Part shown: positions 37,680 through 47,007 of the stretch, one piece after another
How the letters are laid out: each line of letters begins with the position of its first letter
How positions within the stretch are numbered: position 1 is the first letter of the stretch
Assembly: GCA_040754655.1 (NCBI GenBank)
Contig: JBFMCE010000008.1
Span: forward strand, 1-55,115
DNA: 55,115 nt
Direction: 5' to 3'
Source: Bdellovibrionota bacterium
GTDB taxonomy: Bacteria > Bdellovibrionota > UBA1018 > UBA923
Position numbers and translations under genes: made by a program
The notes under the pieces: model-generated
Database searches by the model: none
Told to the model about the DNA's origin: nothing
Seen by the model: only the letters and a program-made list of their open reading frames with translations

Positions 37680-39921
37680 CGGCTAAGTTTTCCGCCAGTG
37701 TGAAATCGACAAATCCATTATCAAGATCTGTGCGTAAGACACTAGCACGAAGACTATCGCCAATCCTATATTTTTTGCCGGTGCGTTTTCCCTTGAGCAT
37801 CAGGCGTTCTTCAATGAATTCAAAGTAGTCGCCCCCCAACTCTGCGATGGGAACCAGCCCTTCCACGAACCAATTTTCAAGCTCGATGTAAACGCCATTC
37901 TCATTCACGTTGGTGATGCGCGCTTCAAACTCTTCGCCCATGTGTTTTGCCATGAACCTGGCCTTTTTCACCTTGATCACCGAGCGTTCAAGGTCAGAAG
38001 ACTTTCTCTCTTGCTTTGAGCAGTGCTCGCAAGCCTCGACCAGGTAATCTTCCAGCTCGCGAAACGCCTCGTCTTCGAATTGCTGCCGTTGGCAATAGCG
38101 CTTCAAAATACGATGCACGATGAGGTCTGGGTACCTTCTGATCGGCGACGTGAAATGCGTGTACGCCTGGGAAGCCAATCCAAAGTGTTTAAGGTTCACC
38201 GGATCATATCTAGCTTGTTTGAGTGACCGCAACATCAAGTAATACAGCGTCTGGGCCATCGGATTCGTTTTTTGGCTCTCGATGAACCTTGAAAAAAGCC
38301 TCGGGTCAGAACCTCCGCCAAGCTTGGGTTTCAGTCCCAGCGCCAATGCGAACCTCTCAAATCGCTCTAACGGCCCCGATTCCGGGGGCTCATGCACGCG
38401 ATAGATGAAGGGCCAGCCTTCGCGCTCCATGATCTCAGTGACCGATTCATTGGCCGCGATCATGAATTCTTCGATCAGTCGATGAGCATCAAGCCTTTCT
38501 TGCTTTCGGATGTCGATCGTATCCGAATTCTCATCCAAGACGATCTTCGCTTCAGGCAAGTCAAGATCAAGAGCCCCTCGTTTATTGCGCGAGTGCTTGA
38601 TCAATTGATAAAGTTCATAAGGATCTCTCCAAAACGCATCGCCGCCTTTTGCCTCACGATCGACATCTTCATAAATGCACCTGCGCGAGGAACGAATGAC
38701 AGACTCATACACCTTGGCTGAGCGCTTTTTTCCCCTGAAGTCATAGTGCATCTCACACGTGAGAGTGAGCTTCTCTTCATTCGGACGCAGGCTGCACGCG
38801 CCATTGCTGAGCGCTTCTGGCAGCATCGGGACGACCCACTCAGGAAAATAAACGCTTGTCGCCCTGTTATAGGCTTCTTGATCGAGCTTCGTTCTGGGCC
38901 TTACGAACTCAGCGACGTCGGCGATCGCCACGTACAATACATACCCCGACGGGGTTTTCTCAACCAAGACCGCATCGTCGAAGTCTCTGGCATCTTTGCC
39001 GTCGATGGTGACAAAAGGCTTGTGGCGCAGGTCTTTTCGGCCACGATATTTGTTTTGAGCCGCCTCTTCTTGAATCTCTCGTGAAAGCCTTTCGGCTTCT
39101 TCTTGAACCTCTTGAGAGAACTCTTGAGGCCACTGAGATTTCACGACGACCGCAAGCGTGTCAAAGCGAGGAGCAAGCTCAGGGCCAAAACTTCGAACGA
39201 TCTTGCCTTCAAGCTCGGGCTCGTACTTCGTAATCTCGACCAAGACCTTATGGCCGTCTCGAAGCCCTGGCACGCTGGGCCTTTCGCGAATCAGCACGTC
39301 TTCGCGCATGGTTCGATCAGACAACGTGACCACCCTGCGCCCTAACCCTGAATCGTACGTGCCGATGAAACTCTTGATCGTGCGCTTGGTGATCTCGACT
39401 CTTGAGACTTCTTTCGTGCGCGCATCGACCCAAGCTTTAACAACGTCACCAGTGAGAAGAGGCGAGGCCATGTGGGCCGGAATGAATAGGTCTTGCGGCT
39501 TTCTTAAAAGAAACGCAAAACCCCTGCTGTTCTTTTGGACTTCGCCGTGAACGATGACGAGGTTCTGTTCTTGCTTGCTCGTGCGACTGCGCGTTCTTCG
39601 TCGTGAAACCTCAGCAGCGTTGTCTACAGAATCTTCTTCGGTCTCGGGAGAGTCGAAATCAAAGTCGCGATAGTTTGCAAGACGAGGCTTGGGCCGCCCA
39701 CTGCCCTTGGATCCAAGTTCTTGGCGACGTCGCGCCTCTTTGGCTTGTTCGCGCAGCTGCTCTGCAAGCCATTGTCTAGAGATGACAGGAGACCTTGTAG
39801 AAGAAGAGGTCGGAGAGAGTTTTGATTTTTTCTTTTCGGGTCTATCTACCCTTTCTGATCTTTGTGTTCTTTCAGGTCTTTCTGTTCTTATGCGCCGCTT
39901 CTCGCCTTTTGGCCTTTTCAT
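37666..39921 (-). CDS. rnr: Ribonuclease R
   Basis: TIDGKDARDFDDA, IEEFMIAAN, YTHFTSPIRRYPD and a C-terminal S1 domain; long basic N-terminal extension. Confidence 0.93.
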   Translation of the reverse strand: MKRPKGEKRRIRTERPERTQRSERVDRPEKKKSKLSPTSSSTRSPVISRQWLAEQLREQAKEARRRQELGSKGSGRPKPRLANYRDFDFDSPETEEDSVDNAAEVSRRRTRSRTSKQEQNLVIVHGEVQKNSRGFAFLLRKPQDLFIPAHMASPLLTGDVVKAWVDARTKEVSRVEITKRTIKSFIGTYDSGLGRRVVTLSDRTMREDVLIRERPSVPGLRDGHKVLVEITKYEPELEGKIVRSFGPELAPRFDTLAVVVKSQWPQEFSQEVQEEAERLSREIQEEAAQNKYRGRKDLRHKPFVTIDGKDARDFDDAVLVEKTPSGYVLYVAIADVAEFVRPRTKLDQEAYNRATSVYFPEWVVPMLPEALSNGACSLRPNEEKLTLTCEMHYDFRGKKRSAKVYESVIRSSRRCIYEDVDREAKGGDAFWRDPYELYQLIKHSRNKRGALDLDLPEAKIVLDENSDTIDIRKQERLDAHRLIEEFMIAANESVTEIMEREGWPFIYRVHEPPESGPLERFERFALALGLKPKLGGGSDPRLFSRFIESQKTNPMAQTLYYLMLRSLKQARYDPVNLKHFGLASQAYTHFTSPIRRYPDLIVHRILKRYCQRQQFEDEAFRELEDYLVEACEHCSKQERKSSDLERSVIKVKKARFMAKHMGEEFEARITNVNENGVYIELENWFVEGLVPIAELGGDYFEFIEERLMLKGKRTGKKYRIGDSLRASVLRTDLDNGFVDFTLAENLADAAV

Positions 39922-40024
39922 AGCTGCAGCTTAGCGCCTTGCTCTGAGTTTGGAAATGTCGCTGTGGAAAAGCAGCTATTTTAGGCATTGCGCACAGGGC
40001 CACAAATCTTTCAGCAAAGACTTT

Positions 40025-40060
40025 AGAGGAAGCCCCCTCTTTTTAAGGACAGCTTCCTCT
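40025..40060. terminator. Stem-loop, probable terminator of the 40068..40493 gene
   Basis: AGAGGAAGC / GCTTCCTCT inverted repeat directly after the stop codon. Confidence 0.55.
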
Positions 40061-40067
40061 TTAAAAA

Positions 40068-40493
40068 CTAGATGCGCCCCTCACAAGTCATGCGAATGCT
40101 TTTTTTGACACCCTTTATTTTCACGACTGTCTGATCAAGTTCATCCAAGTAAACCGTCATGTTGAAGCCTCGTTTTCTCCACTCATTGATGTTGTAAAAC
40201 ACGTCTGAAGATCTTGCGACTGCTCGGAATGGTTTTCTTTCGAGCTTGTATTCAGAATCTGCAGGAGACTTCACTAAAATAGAAACACGAACCCATGCTG
40301 CACGATCATGATCGCCTTTGATTCGACGGTCTTCAATTTCTTTAAGCTCTTTGAGAGTAACAGCGTATTGCTGTCTTCCCTTGCTTTGTGCCTTTTTAGC
40401 GTTTTCGACGCATCTAAGATCCTCTTTAGCATTTGCCGATGCGGTGGATGCGAGCGCAAGAAATAAAACTAAACTTAAACCTTTCATAAACAA
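40068..40493 (-). CDS. Small secreted hypothetical protein (two Cys)
   Basis: Signal peptide ending ASANA; Cys near each end. Confidence 0.7.
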   Translation of the reverse strand: MFMKGLSLVLFLALASTASANAKEDLRCVENAKKAQSKGRQQYAVTLKELKEIEDRRIKGDHDRAAWVRVSILVKSPADSEYKLERKPFRAVARSSDVFYNINEWRKRGFNMTVYLDELDQTVVKIKGVKKSIRMTCEGRI

Positions 40494-40616
40494 CCCCCTT
40501 ACAAAAAACAGGACGATAACAAACCCTGATCGGGAACTAAGTGGATTAATGCGGTTTGTCTAGAAAATATTTCGGCTCGAGTCGCGGTCGCACGCAACAC
40601 CTTAAGAATGAGCTCA

Positions 40617-41717
40617 TCAGTGCCTGTTATTCAGTCGGTCCCGAAAACGCTGATTTTGGCTAAAATTTGATTTGAAAGCATCACTGAATGTCGTCATTTC
40701 ACTTTGTGTGCCCAAGAACATATCCGTGATTTCCCGAACACGCCGTGAAACCGATTCGCTACCCTGAATTTCAGGCGACTGCATGACTTTGCGTGCACCT
40801 GATAAAGCCAGTTCCAGAGACTCTAGCAACTCGAATGCTTCTTTGATGTTGGTATCGGCGTAACTCAAACTCTCTAAAACTTCATCCTTCGTTAACTGGA
40901 AGTCGCCATCCCTATATTCAATGAGCAGAAGATATTCGCTGGCGGCTTCTTCGGCAAACTTCATTTGAATCACTTGTCGAGCATCTTGAGCAAGGTCCTG
41001 GAGCGTCGATAAAAAATCTTCAAACAGAGCTTGTTTGTCATGAACAAACTGAGAATGTGATTCAAAAAATCCTTCTTCACGGTCTACGAAAGCATCAAAC
41101 TTTCCCGACATTGCCTTTGCTTTTGTTTGGATATTATCCCTAACGTCATAAGGTGAAGGTTCATCGGTCTTTCGCCTTTCACGATTAAAGAGGTGATGGG
41201 TAAACTCATGCACCAAAAACTTGAGATCAAGTGGATCAGAAACCAAGATCGCATCGTGACCATAGGTCTCTCCACCGCTTTGATAGCCCTCGAAAACCGC
41301 CAACCCCGCCAGAGCCCCAGTTTTCTTAGTTTTATCCACGCAGGTGTTCCAGTAATCCATCAAAAGCCTTGGGGGCGCCGGAGCCAATTCCTCTGCTCGT
41401 GAACTAACCCCAAAAACTTCAATGTCGACCTTTCTAAGCAGCGAAATCATTCCTTTGGCCGTTCGTTTCTTGAGAATGGCTTCGTAAAGAGCGCGGTCGT
41501 ATTTTTTTCCAAAAAAAGTCGACTGAATATTTGGCGTCGGCAACGTGACCGTATCTTCACCGTCATTTTGCGCCAAAACCAGTGGAGCTGTAGAAGAATT
41601 TTGGTGATTCGAATTCGAACTCGAGTTCGAGCGCTGATCCTCAGCGCACCCAGCTGAAATCAAAAAGACAAAAATCGAACCATAAAAAATGGGAAGTACT
41701 TTTCTAAACATTCGCAT
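40617..41717 (-). CDS. Lipoprotein with HExxH zincin motif (putative metalloprotease)
   Basis: Lipobox SAGC, LVHEFTHH and downstream AEEAASE (possible third Zn ligand). Confidence 0.7.
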   Translation of the reverse strand: MRMFRKVLPIFYGSIFVFLISAGCAEDQRSNSSSNSNHQNSSTAPLVLAQNDGEDTVTLPTPNIQSTFFGKKYDRALYEAILKKRTAKGMISLLRKVDIEVFGVSSRAEELAPAPPRLLMDYWNTCVDKTKKTGALAGLAVFEGYQSGGETYGHDAILVSDPLDLKFLVHEFTHHLFNRERRKTDEPSPYDVRDNIQTKAKAMSGKFDAFVDREEGFFESHSQFVHDKQALFEDFLSTLQDLAQDARQVIQMKFAEEAASEYLLLIEYRDGDFQLTKDEVLESLSYADTNIKEAFELLESLELALSGARKVMQSPEIQGSESVSRRVREITDMFLGTQSEMTTFSDAFKSNFSQNQRFRDRLNNRH

Positions 41718-41726
41718 CGCCCTTAT

Positions 41727-41743
41727 AGCAACCGGAATGCCAA
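41727..41743 (-). promoter_or_regulatory. Sigma-54 (-24/-12) promoter
   Basis: TTGGCATTCCGGTTGCT (GG-N10-GC). Confidence 0.6.
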
Positions 41744-42021
41744 AGGCGATTTGCTGCGGCCCTCGCGGAATTTTATCGACAACTTAGATCAAAATAGTGG
41801 TGTCATCAGCATCGTTTTGTTCAGCCGATAATACAGCTGTCAAATACTTATGCACTTGGGACGCTATTCGGCAGGCTTCATTCCTGAGTTGTCGAATACG
41901 TACCAATCCGAAGAACCCAACGATCTCTATGGTTTTAGGTTTTGAAGCGCTGATGTGAGCCACCTTCCTCAGAGGATGGAGGTGATTTGGTACGAGCGGA
42001 GCCTTCGTTCGATAGCATACC

Positions 42022-43443
42022 TCAGGGACTAGATTCCTTAATGCCAAGATAGCGAACAAAAGCTCTAGTGCCGTCTGAGACCACATGTAAACGGACAAGA
42101 ACAGGGTCTGTAGATCCTCGGCCCCAATTCCTCTCTTGGATGACATCATGCTGATCTCCAAGGAGCTTTTTCAAATCGACAGCAACAAATAGGGGTGGAT
42201 TGAAAACGGAAGATCTCTGGAGATGGTGATCACCATTGACCGAATGGTTAGCCATGATCTCAAATGATTTATTGCTAAAATTGGCTTGTCGCAAATGGGA
42301 CATGATATCGCTATATTCGTAGAAACCTGGAAAAAACTCGTCAAAAGAAGCTATTTCTTTGGGAATGCTTTCTCCTTCGATGATCCGTTCTCCAAACTCC
42401 ATGGGATACCAAACATAAGTTTCTAACTCGATGCCTGCAGGTCCCGTTGCTCCTCGTACAAAATCAGCCTCAAGTTGTCCGGAGGTTGGGCCTTCACGAA
42501 GAATGAAGGTTGATGCTTGCATCGAACGAGTTCGATGATACTGGAGAAAGACATGATTGTTTCCAACTGTCTGAAACTCAACGATGGGGGCGTTGTTAGG
42601 ATCAAAACGATCTAAGTTTCGTACCTTTTCATAAAACGCTACGACATTAGGGAGGTCTTGGACTAAGTCCAAGGGCAGATTTTCTGAGCCGCTCCGAATC
42701 ACTCTACCATTTTCAATAACGGTCCAATTGTGCCAAATGGGAAAACCCCCGCCAGCTTTATGTTGCGTCGTAAATATGTGATAACGTCCTTTTATGCCCG
42801 TATCTGCAACAATCGCTCGGTTGAGCCCTTCGAGACCTTGCCAATAAGAAAACGAAGCTTCCGCTATAAGTTTTTCCGGATCGATTTTTAGGACCCGGCT
42901 GTAATTCTCATAATTACTGGCCTTTCCTGCTGAAAGTTCAATCGCCGCTTTGGTGAATTCAGGTTCCGTTATTTCTTTCTGAACATACTTTGAGAGTAAA
43001 AGCTCGAACCGCTCCGCGATCTGCCATCTCATTAAATCCATTTCTTTTGCTTCTCTTTCAGCGGGAGTCATGCGTCTAGCTTCTGCAACCATTTCAGGTG
43101 TAACGACAAAGCTTTCGAATAATCCAGAAAGCGCAAAATATTCTGCAGGATGTTCAGTTCGAAAATAGATTGTTTTGCCAGAAGAAAGGGCAGCATCCAG
43201 GCTTGGATAAATTACAGGAATTGCGATGCCATGCTCGGCCACGTACTGTGCGATATGGCTTTTAGGTTTAACGGGTAGGTTTCTAAGAAAAGCGTCTCGT
43301 GATTTTTTTTCGGACTCAGGAACCAGGGTTTCAAACAAGAGCTGGCAGGCTGCGGACATCGATGAATTCGGTGCTGCTTGGAGTTGACTGGAGAACTGGA
43401 GAAACGTTATCGCTAAAAGCGTAAAGTGTTTAAACAATTTCAT
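42022..43443 (-). CDS. Secreted hypothetical protein, possibly a degenerate PEP-synthase-type ATP-grasp fold
   Basis: Signal peptide MKLFKHFTLLAITFLQFSSQLQA; IYFRTEHPAEY..SGLFESF and PIVEFQ...VFLQYHRTR. Confidence 0.6.
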   Translation of the reverse strand: MKLFKHFTLLAITFLQFSSQLQAAPNSSMSAACQLLFETLVPESEKKSRDAFLRNLPVKPKSHIAQYVAEHGIAIPVIYPSLDAALSSGKTIYFRTEHPAEYFALSGLFESFVVTPEMVAEARRMTPAEREAKEMDLMRWQIAERFELLLSKYVQKEITEPEFTKAAIELSAGKASNYENYSRVLKIDPEKLIAEASFSYWQGLEGLNRAIVADTGIKGRYHIFTTQHKAGGGFPIWHNWTVIENGRVIRSGSENLPLDLVQDLPNVVAFYEKVRNLDRFDPNNAPIVEFQTVGNNHVFLQYHRTRSMQASTFILREGPTSGQLEADFVRGATGPAGIELETYVWYPMEFGERIIEGESIPKEIASFDEFFPGFYEYSDIMSHLRQANFSNKSFEIMANHSVNGDHHLQRSSVFNPPLFVAVDLKKLLGDQHDVIQERNWGRGSTDPVLVRLHVVSDGTRAFVRYLGIKESSP

Positions 43444-43640
43444 AATCCTGCTACTGAATAGTGGACTGGGTTTATACTCCAATGAGAGACTAAAGTGAAG
43501 TTGTTTATAATTGATTAAGAGACCAAAAAGATGAAGAGTTACGCTGCCTTTAGGTTTTTAAATCCTATCACTAAACTTAGGTTCAGAGATTTTTTGAGAG
43601 CTACCGGCACAGACCGTACCGGTTCGCGTACTGTTTCGAA

Positions 43641-43724
43641 TGGTGCCCAGGAGAGGACTCGAACCTCCATGCTTTTGGCGTACGACCCTGAATCGTATGT
43701 GTCTACCAATTCCACCACCTGGGC
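43641..43724 (-). tRNA. tRNA-Leu (anticodon CAG)
   Basis: GCCCAGG acceptor stem, GGAATTGGTAGAC D-arm, TACGA-TTCAGGG-TCGTA anticodon arm, variable arm, GGTTCGAGTCC T-arm and encoded CCA. Confidence 0.97.
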
Positions 43725-43863
43725 ACTGAATGCACTTTTTGGTGCACTTTGGGCAATTTTTCAAAAATGGGCTGTAAGACGCGTCTACCAAAACCTCTGG
43801 ATTCATCTACAAACCCATAGCAACGCCGACAGATCCTCGTTTTAATGACAATCGGCCCGAAAA

Positions 43864-44736
43864 TCAAGCCTCCTTGCAAGACTCGATGAAAGCCTGCAAA
43901 AAAGTTTCGGCATTTCGTGAAAGCACCTTCCCCCGTCTAACGACCCTTTTTAAAGGGTACTGAAAAGACTTCTTTGGATAGAGCACCTCGAGCCGGTTCC
44001 TTTCGATATCGCGGTCTACCATGAAAGCCGGCAGCAAAGCCGAACCCAGTCCCTCGAGCGCCATATTTCGATGAGCGTCCAAATTATTGCAGGCGATCAT
44101 CACCTCAGGGTTCATTCCCTGATCGCGCAACATCTCCATGACCGGAAAGGACCTGATTTTGGGATAATCTACCTCGCGTGATCCGATAAAGACATTCCTT
44201 GATGGCGACGTCTTAGGCAGCTTAGATGAAACCACGAAACGGAAAGGCACGTCTGCCACCGTAGCAACATCGAACTGCCCGCTTTCAGGAACTGTAAAGA
44301 AAAGGCCAAACTCAATGCGCCCTTCCTGAATCTCGTTGCAAATCGAATTCGAAGTACCGGTAAAAATCACCGGCCGCACTTTGGGATGTTGGGCTAGGAA
44401 CTTCTTCATCATCTTAGGAAGCAGATGAGAGACAACCGAATCACTTGCTCCAAACTTAAGGGGCCCCGAACACTCTTTGAGTTCGTTCTGTGAAAATGAC
44501 ACGATCTGTTCGACTGAATCAAAAATTGACTCGCACCTTTTAAAAACCTCTTCACCGGCCTTGGTAAGACGAACCTGCCGTCTTTGTCGCTCAAGCAAGA
44601 CAACCCCAAGGCTCTCTTCAAGTTGACGCACCATTTTGCTGATCGCAGGCTGTTGCACCCTTAAGACTTTCGATGCTTTCGTAAAACCCTGTTCACGGGC
44701 AACGATATAGAAATACTTGAGATGACTGAGCTCCAT
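43864..44736 (-). CDS. LysR family transcriptional regulator
   Basis: LKYFYIVAREQGFTKAS...QPAISKMVRQLEESLG...LTKAG HTH. Confidence 0.94.
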   Translation of the reverse strand: MELSHLKYFYIVAREQGFTKASKVLRVQQPAISKMVRQLEESLGVVLLERQRRQVRLTKAGEEVFKRCESIFDSVEQIVSFSQNELKECSGPLKFGASDSVVSHLLPKMMKKFLAQHPKVRPVIFTGTSNSICNEIQEGRIEFGLFFTVPESGQFDVATVADVPFRFVVSSKLPKTSPSRNVFIGSREVDYPKIRSFPVMEMLRDQGMNPEVMIACNNLDAHRNMALEGLGSALLPAFMVDRDIERNRLEVLYPKKSFQYPLKRVVRRGKVLSRNAETFLQAFIESCKEA

Positions 44737-44887
44737 TGAAGCGCCTGACTATCACGGATGACCCGCATGGGCCACAAGAAGGTCGCCCTTAAAATTCTGA
44801 CATTCTGGTGCTTTGCAAAAATAAAAAGGCCAGCCAAACCCTTAAGTTCAGCCGGCCCATCTATAAATATAGCGCTACAAATGTTGT

Positions 44888-45847
44888 TTAGACTTGAAAC
44901 CGCTTCACATCAGAAAGAAAAGCATTGAGTCTATCGATATAGTCTTGCAGTCTCTCGGTACCTTCTCCGACTTTCCAACGAAACCCGGGAACAGCCACGC
45001 CCTTCTCATCACACGTGTACGCAAAGGGCTTTGCCTCTTTTTTCACTGCCGGCTTCTTCTCTAAGCTTTCATTCTTAGGTTGAGCCACCGCGACAAGCGC
45101 CGGATCAATCTCGTCACCCGCCTGAGCGAATGTCGCAATGAGTTCGGAGTGCTGTTCTGGAGGCGTCGACAACAGCTTACGGAGCGCCGACCTTTGCTTT
45201 ATATTGCGCTGCATCAATTCTTGCTTTGTCGTATCTGGGAGCTTGGTAAACCCGATGCATTCCGTAATGCGAGACTTAGGCTTTCCAAAGGCTTGGGCAA
45301 TCGCTTCGTAACTCGTATAGGCCTGCGCCTCGAGCAACGAAACATACCCTTCACCTTCTTCGATTGGATGCAAGTCAACGCGGTCGAGGTTTTCCCGAAG
45401 GGCCACTTCGTGAACTGTTTTATCATCCGAGGTCAAGACTCTCGCCGGAATACGTTCCAGACCCGCAAGCTTTGAGGCGCGAAGACGCCGCTCACCTGCG
45501 ATGACCTTATACCTATCCCCGTTCTGGACCACCAAGATCGGCTGCAATACGCCATGCTGGGCGATAGATTTCGAGAGCGCCTGAATTTCACTGTCTTCGA
45601 AATAAACACGCACCTGCAATTCAGAAGCATCGACCTTGTCTACAGGAATGAAATTCACGAGAAACGTCGTGAGATTCCTGAAATTTGAGTGCGTATTGCC
45701 GGCGGTGGTTCTGGCCGTGCTGTAGAGCTGCTTGAGATATCCGCTCCCGGTGCGGGTTTTCAGGTTCTTTTTGCCGTTTGGATCCGCATCCTTCGCGGAT
45801 TGTTCGGTTTCTTTCCCATTTTCTTGCTGTTCTTTGATCTCATCCAT
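44888..45847 (-). CDS. parB: ParB/Spo0J family partition protein
   Basis: GVLQPILV, IAGERRLRA (CTP-binding), ENLDRVDLHPIEE and HTH SYEAIAQAFGKPKSRITECI. Confidence 0.9.
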   Translation of the reverse strand: MDEIKEQQENGKETEQSAKDADPNGKKNLKTRTGSGYLKQLYSTARTTAGNTHSNFRNLTTFLVNFIPVDKVDASELQVRVYFEDSEIQALSKSIAQHGVLQPILVVQNGDRYKVIAGERRLRASKLAGLERIPARVLTSDDKTVHEVALRENLDRVDLHPIEEGEGYVSLLEAQAYTSYEAIAQAFGKPKSRITECIGFTKLPDTTKQELMQRNIKQRSALRKLLSTPPEQHSELIATFAQAGDEIDPALVAVAQPKNESLEKKPAVKKEAKPFAYTCDEKGVAVPGFRWKVGEGTERLQDYIDRLNAFLSDVKRFQV

Positions 45848-45861
45848 GACGAATCTCCCTT

Positions 45862-46827
45862 TTAACTTAAAGCGAGCAGCTCATTTGTGAGCGATCCGAT
45901 GTCTTGAGCGCCAGTTCCTCGTGAATTGACCTCCCAAACCGTGGTTCTACGCTTGGTTGCCTCGTTTAAATCAGCGCTTCGACTCACGACAGCCTGCGTG
46001 CAGAAGTCGCCGAACTGCGATTTGAGCTCGCCCAACACCTCTTGGCTGATGACTTCGCGGTTGTCGTACATGTTCGGGATGATTTTCACCTCAAGTTCAC
46101 GCCGAAACTCGCGCTCCATCTCTTCAATCGTAGCCATTACAAGCGACATCCCATGAAATGAGAGAGGGTTGGTCGCGCACACGACGTTCACTAGGCTTGC
46201 AGCCACCAACATCGAGCTATTCAAGATCGATGCGGCGGGGTTCGTATCGGCTACGATGAGGTCGTACTCATGCGCGATGCTTTGGATGGCCTCGGAGAGG
46301 CGATATTCACGCCTGGGCTTCTGGTTCAACGGGATCTCGATCGTGCAAAGACCCAAATTGGCCGGAATAAGGTCTAACCCTGGCGCTACGTTCACGATGG
46401 TTTGTTTGATCGGCAGATCATTGATCAAAACATCGTAGATCGTTGGCAGTTCGTGCGATTCAAGCACATCGAGGTTGAGTGAAAGATGGCCCTGGCCGTC
46501 AAGATCTATCGCGAGAACGCGATACCCCATCATCGCGGCTTGCATGACGTACTGGGCAGTCAAGGTCGACTTCCCCGTGCCGCCTTTCACGTTATAAAAC
46601 ATTTGTATCTGGTGCTTGGGCTTCGACGGAATTCGGTCGCCGTGGCGACCGAAAAAGTAGCCCTGCACATGTTCCAATGGAATGAGTTTACGATCGACGT
46701 TTCCCACGCGCCTTCTGATCGTGGAAATCATCCCTTCTTTTTCGAGTTGATCGACCTGTGATTTTTCAAGATTCGCCAGTCTGGCAAATTCAGCCGGCGT
46801 GAAAGACACTTCACGAAACGTTGCCAT
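45862..46827 (-). CDS. parA: ParA family ATPase with N-terminal HTH-like extension (type Ia-like)
   Basis: Deviant Walker A KGGTGKST, IDLDGQG and DTNP; ~70-aa N-terminal extension FTPAEFARLANLEKSQVDQLEKEG. Confidence 0.9.
   Translation of the reverse strand: MATFREVSFTPAEFARLANLEKSQVDQLEKEGMISTIRRRVGNVDRKLIPLEHVQGYFFGRHGDRIPSKPKHQIQMFYNVKGGTGKSTLTAQYVMQAAMMGYRVLAIDLDGQGHLSLNLDVLESHELPTIYDVLINDLPIKQTIVNVAPGLDLIPANLGLCTIEIPLNQKPRREYRLSEAIQSIAHEYDLIVADTNPAASILNSSMLVAASLVNVVCATNPLSFHGMSLVMATIEEMEREFRRELEVKIIPNMYDNREVISQEVLGELKSQFGDFCTQAVVSRSADLNEATKRRTTVWEVNSRGTGAQDIGSLTNELLALS
46632..46653. repeat. Palindrome copy inside parA (candidate parS)
   Basis: TTCGGTCGCC-GT-GGCGACCGAA. Confidence 0.6.
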
Positions 46828-46873
46828 TTTTGATGCCCTCCTTGGTGTTTTTCAAAAACGCGTACTTTTGAAG

Positions 46874-46901
46874 ATTCTAAACCGATTCAGTGAATCGGCA
46901 A
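46874..46901 (-). promoter_or_regulatory. parAB promoter with overlapping 8-1-8 inverted repeat
   Basis: Minus strand TTGCCG-N16-TAGAAT; inverted repeat CCGATTCA-G-TGAATCGG at 46882-46898. Confidence 0.55.
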
Positions 46902-46959
46902 AATTTTACATCCTGTTAGTAGATTTATTCTTCGCGAGTCTTCGTGAACTAGCAATCAA

Positions 46960-46983
46960 ATTCGGTCGCCGCGGCGACCGAAT
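46960..46983. repeat. Perfect 24-bp palindrome upstream of parA (candidate parS)
   Basis: ATTCGGTCGCCGCGGCGACCGAAT. Confidence 0.65.
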
Positions 46984-47007
46984 CGAGAGATTCATTGGTT
47001 TTCGAAT

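Noticed and set aside
41805..41831. GCCGATAA suggesting an orphan FliA promoter on the + strand
   Set aside because: The -35 element is poor and no downstream gene lies on that strand.
40068..43640. Genomic island integrated at the tRNA-Leu 3' end
   Set aside because: No integrase and no duplicated tRNA 3' end (att) were found in the window; only orphan genes.
43531..43845. ORFs on both strands over this interval
   Set aside because: They are shadows of tRNA-Leu.
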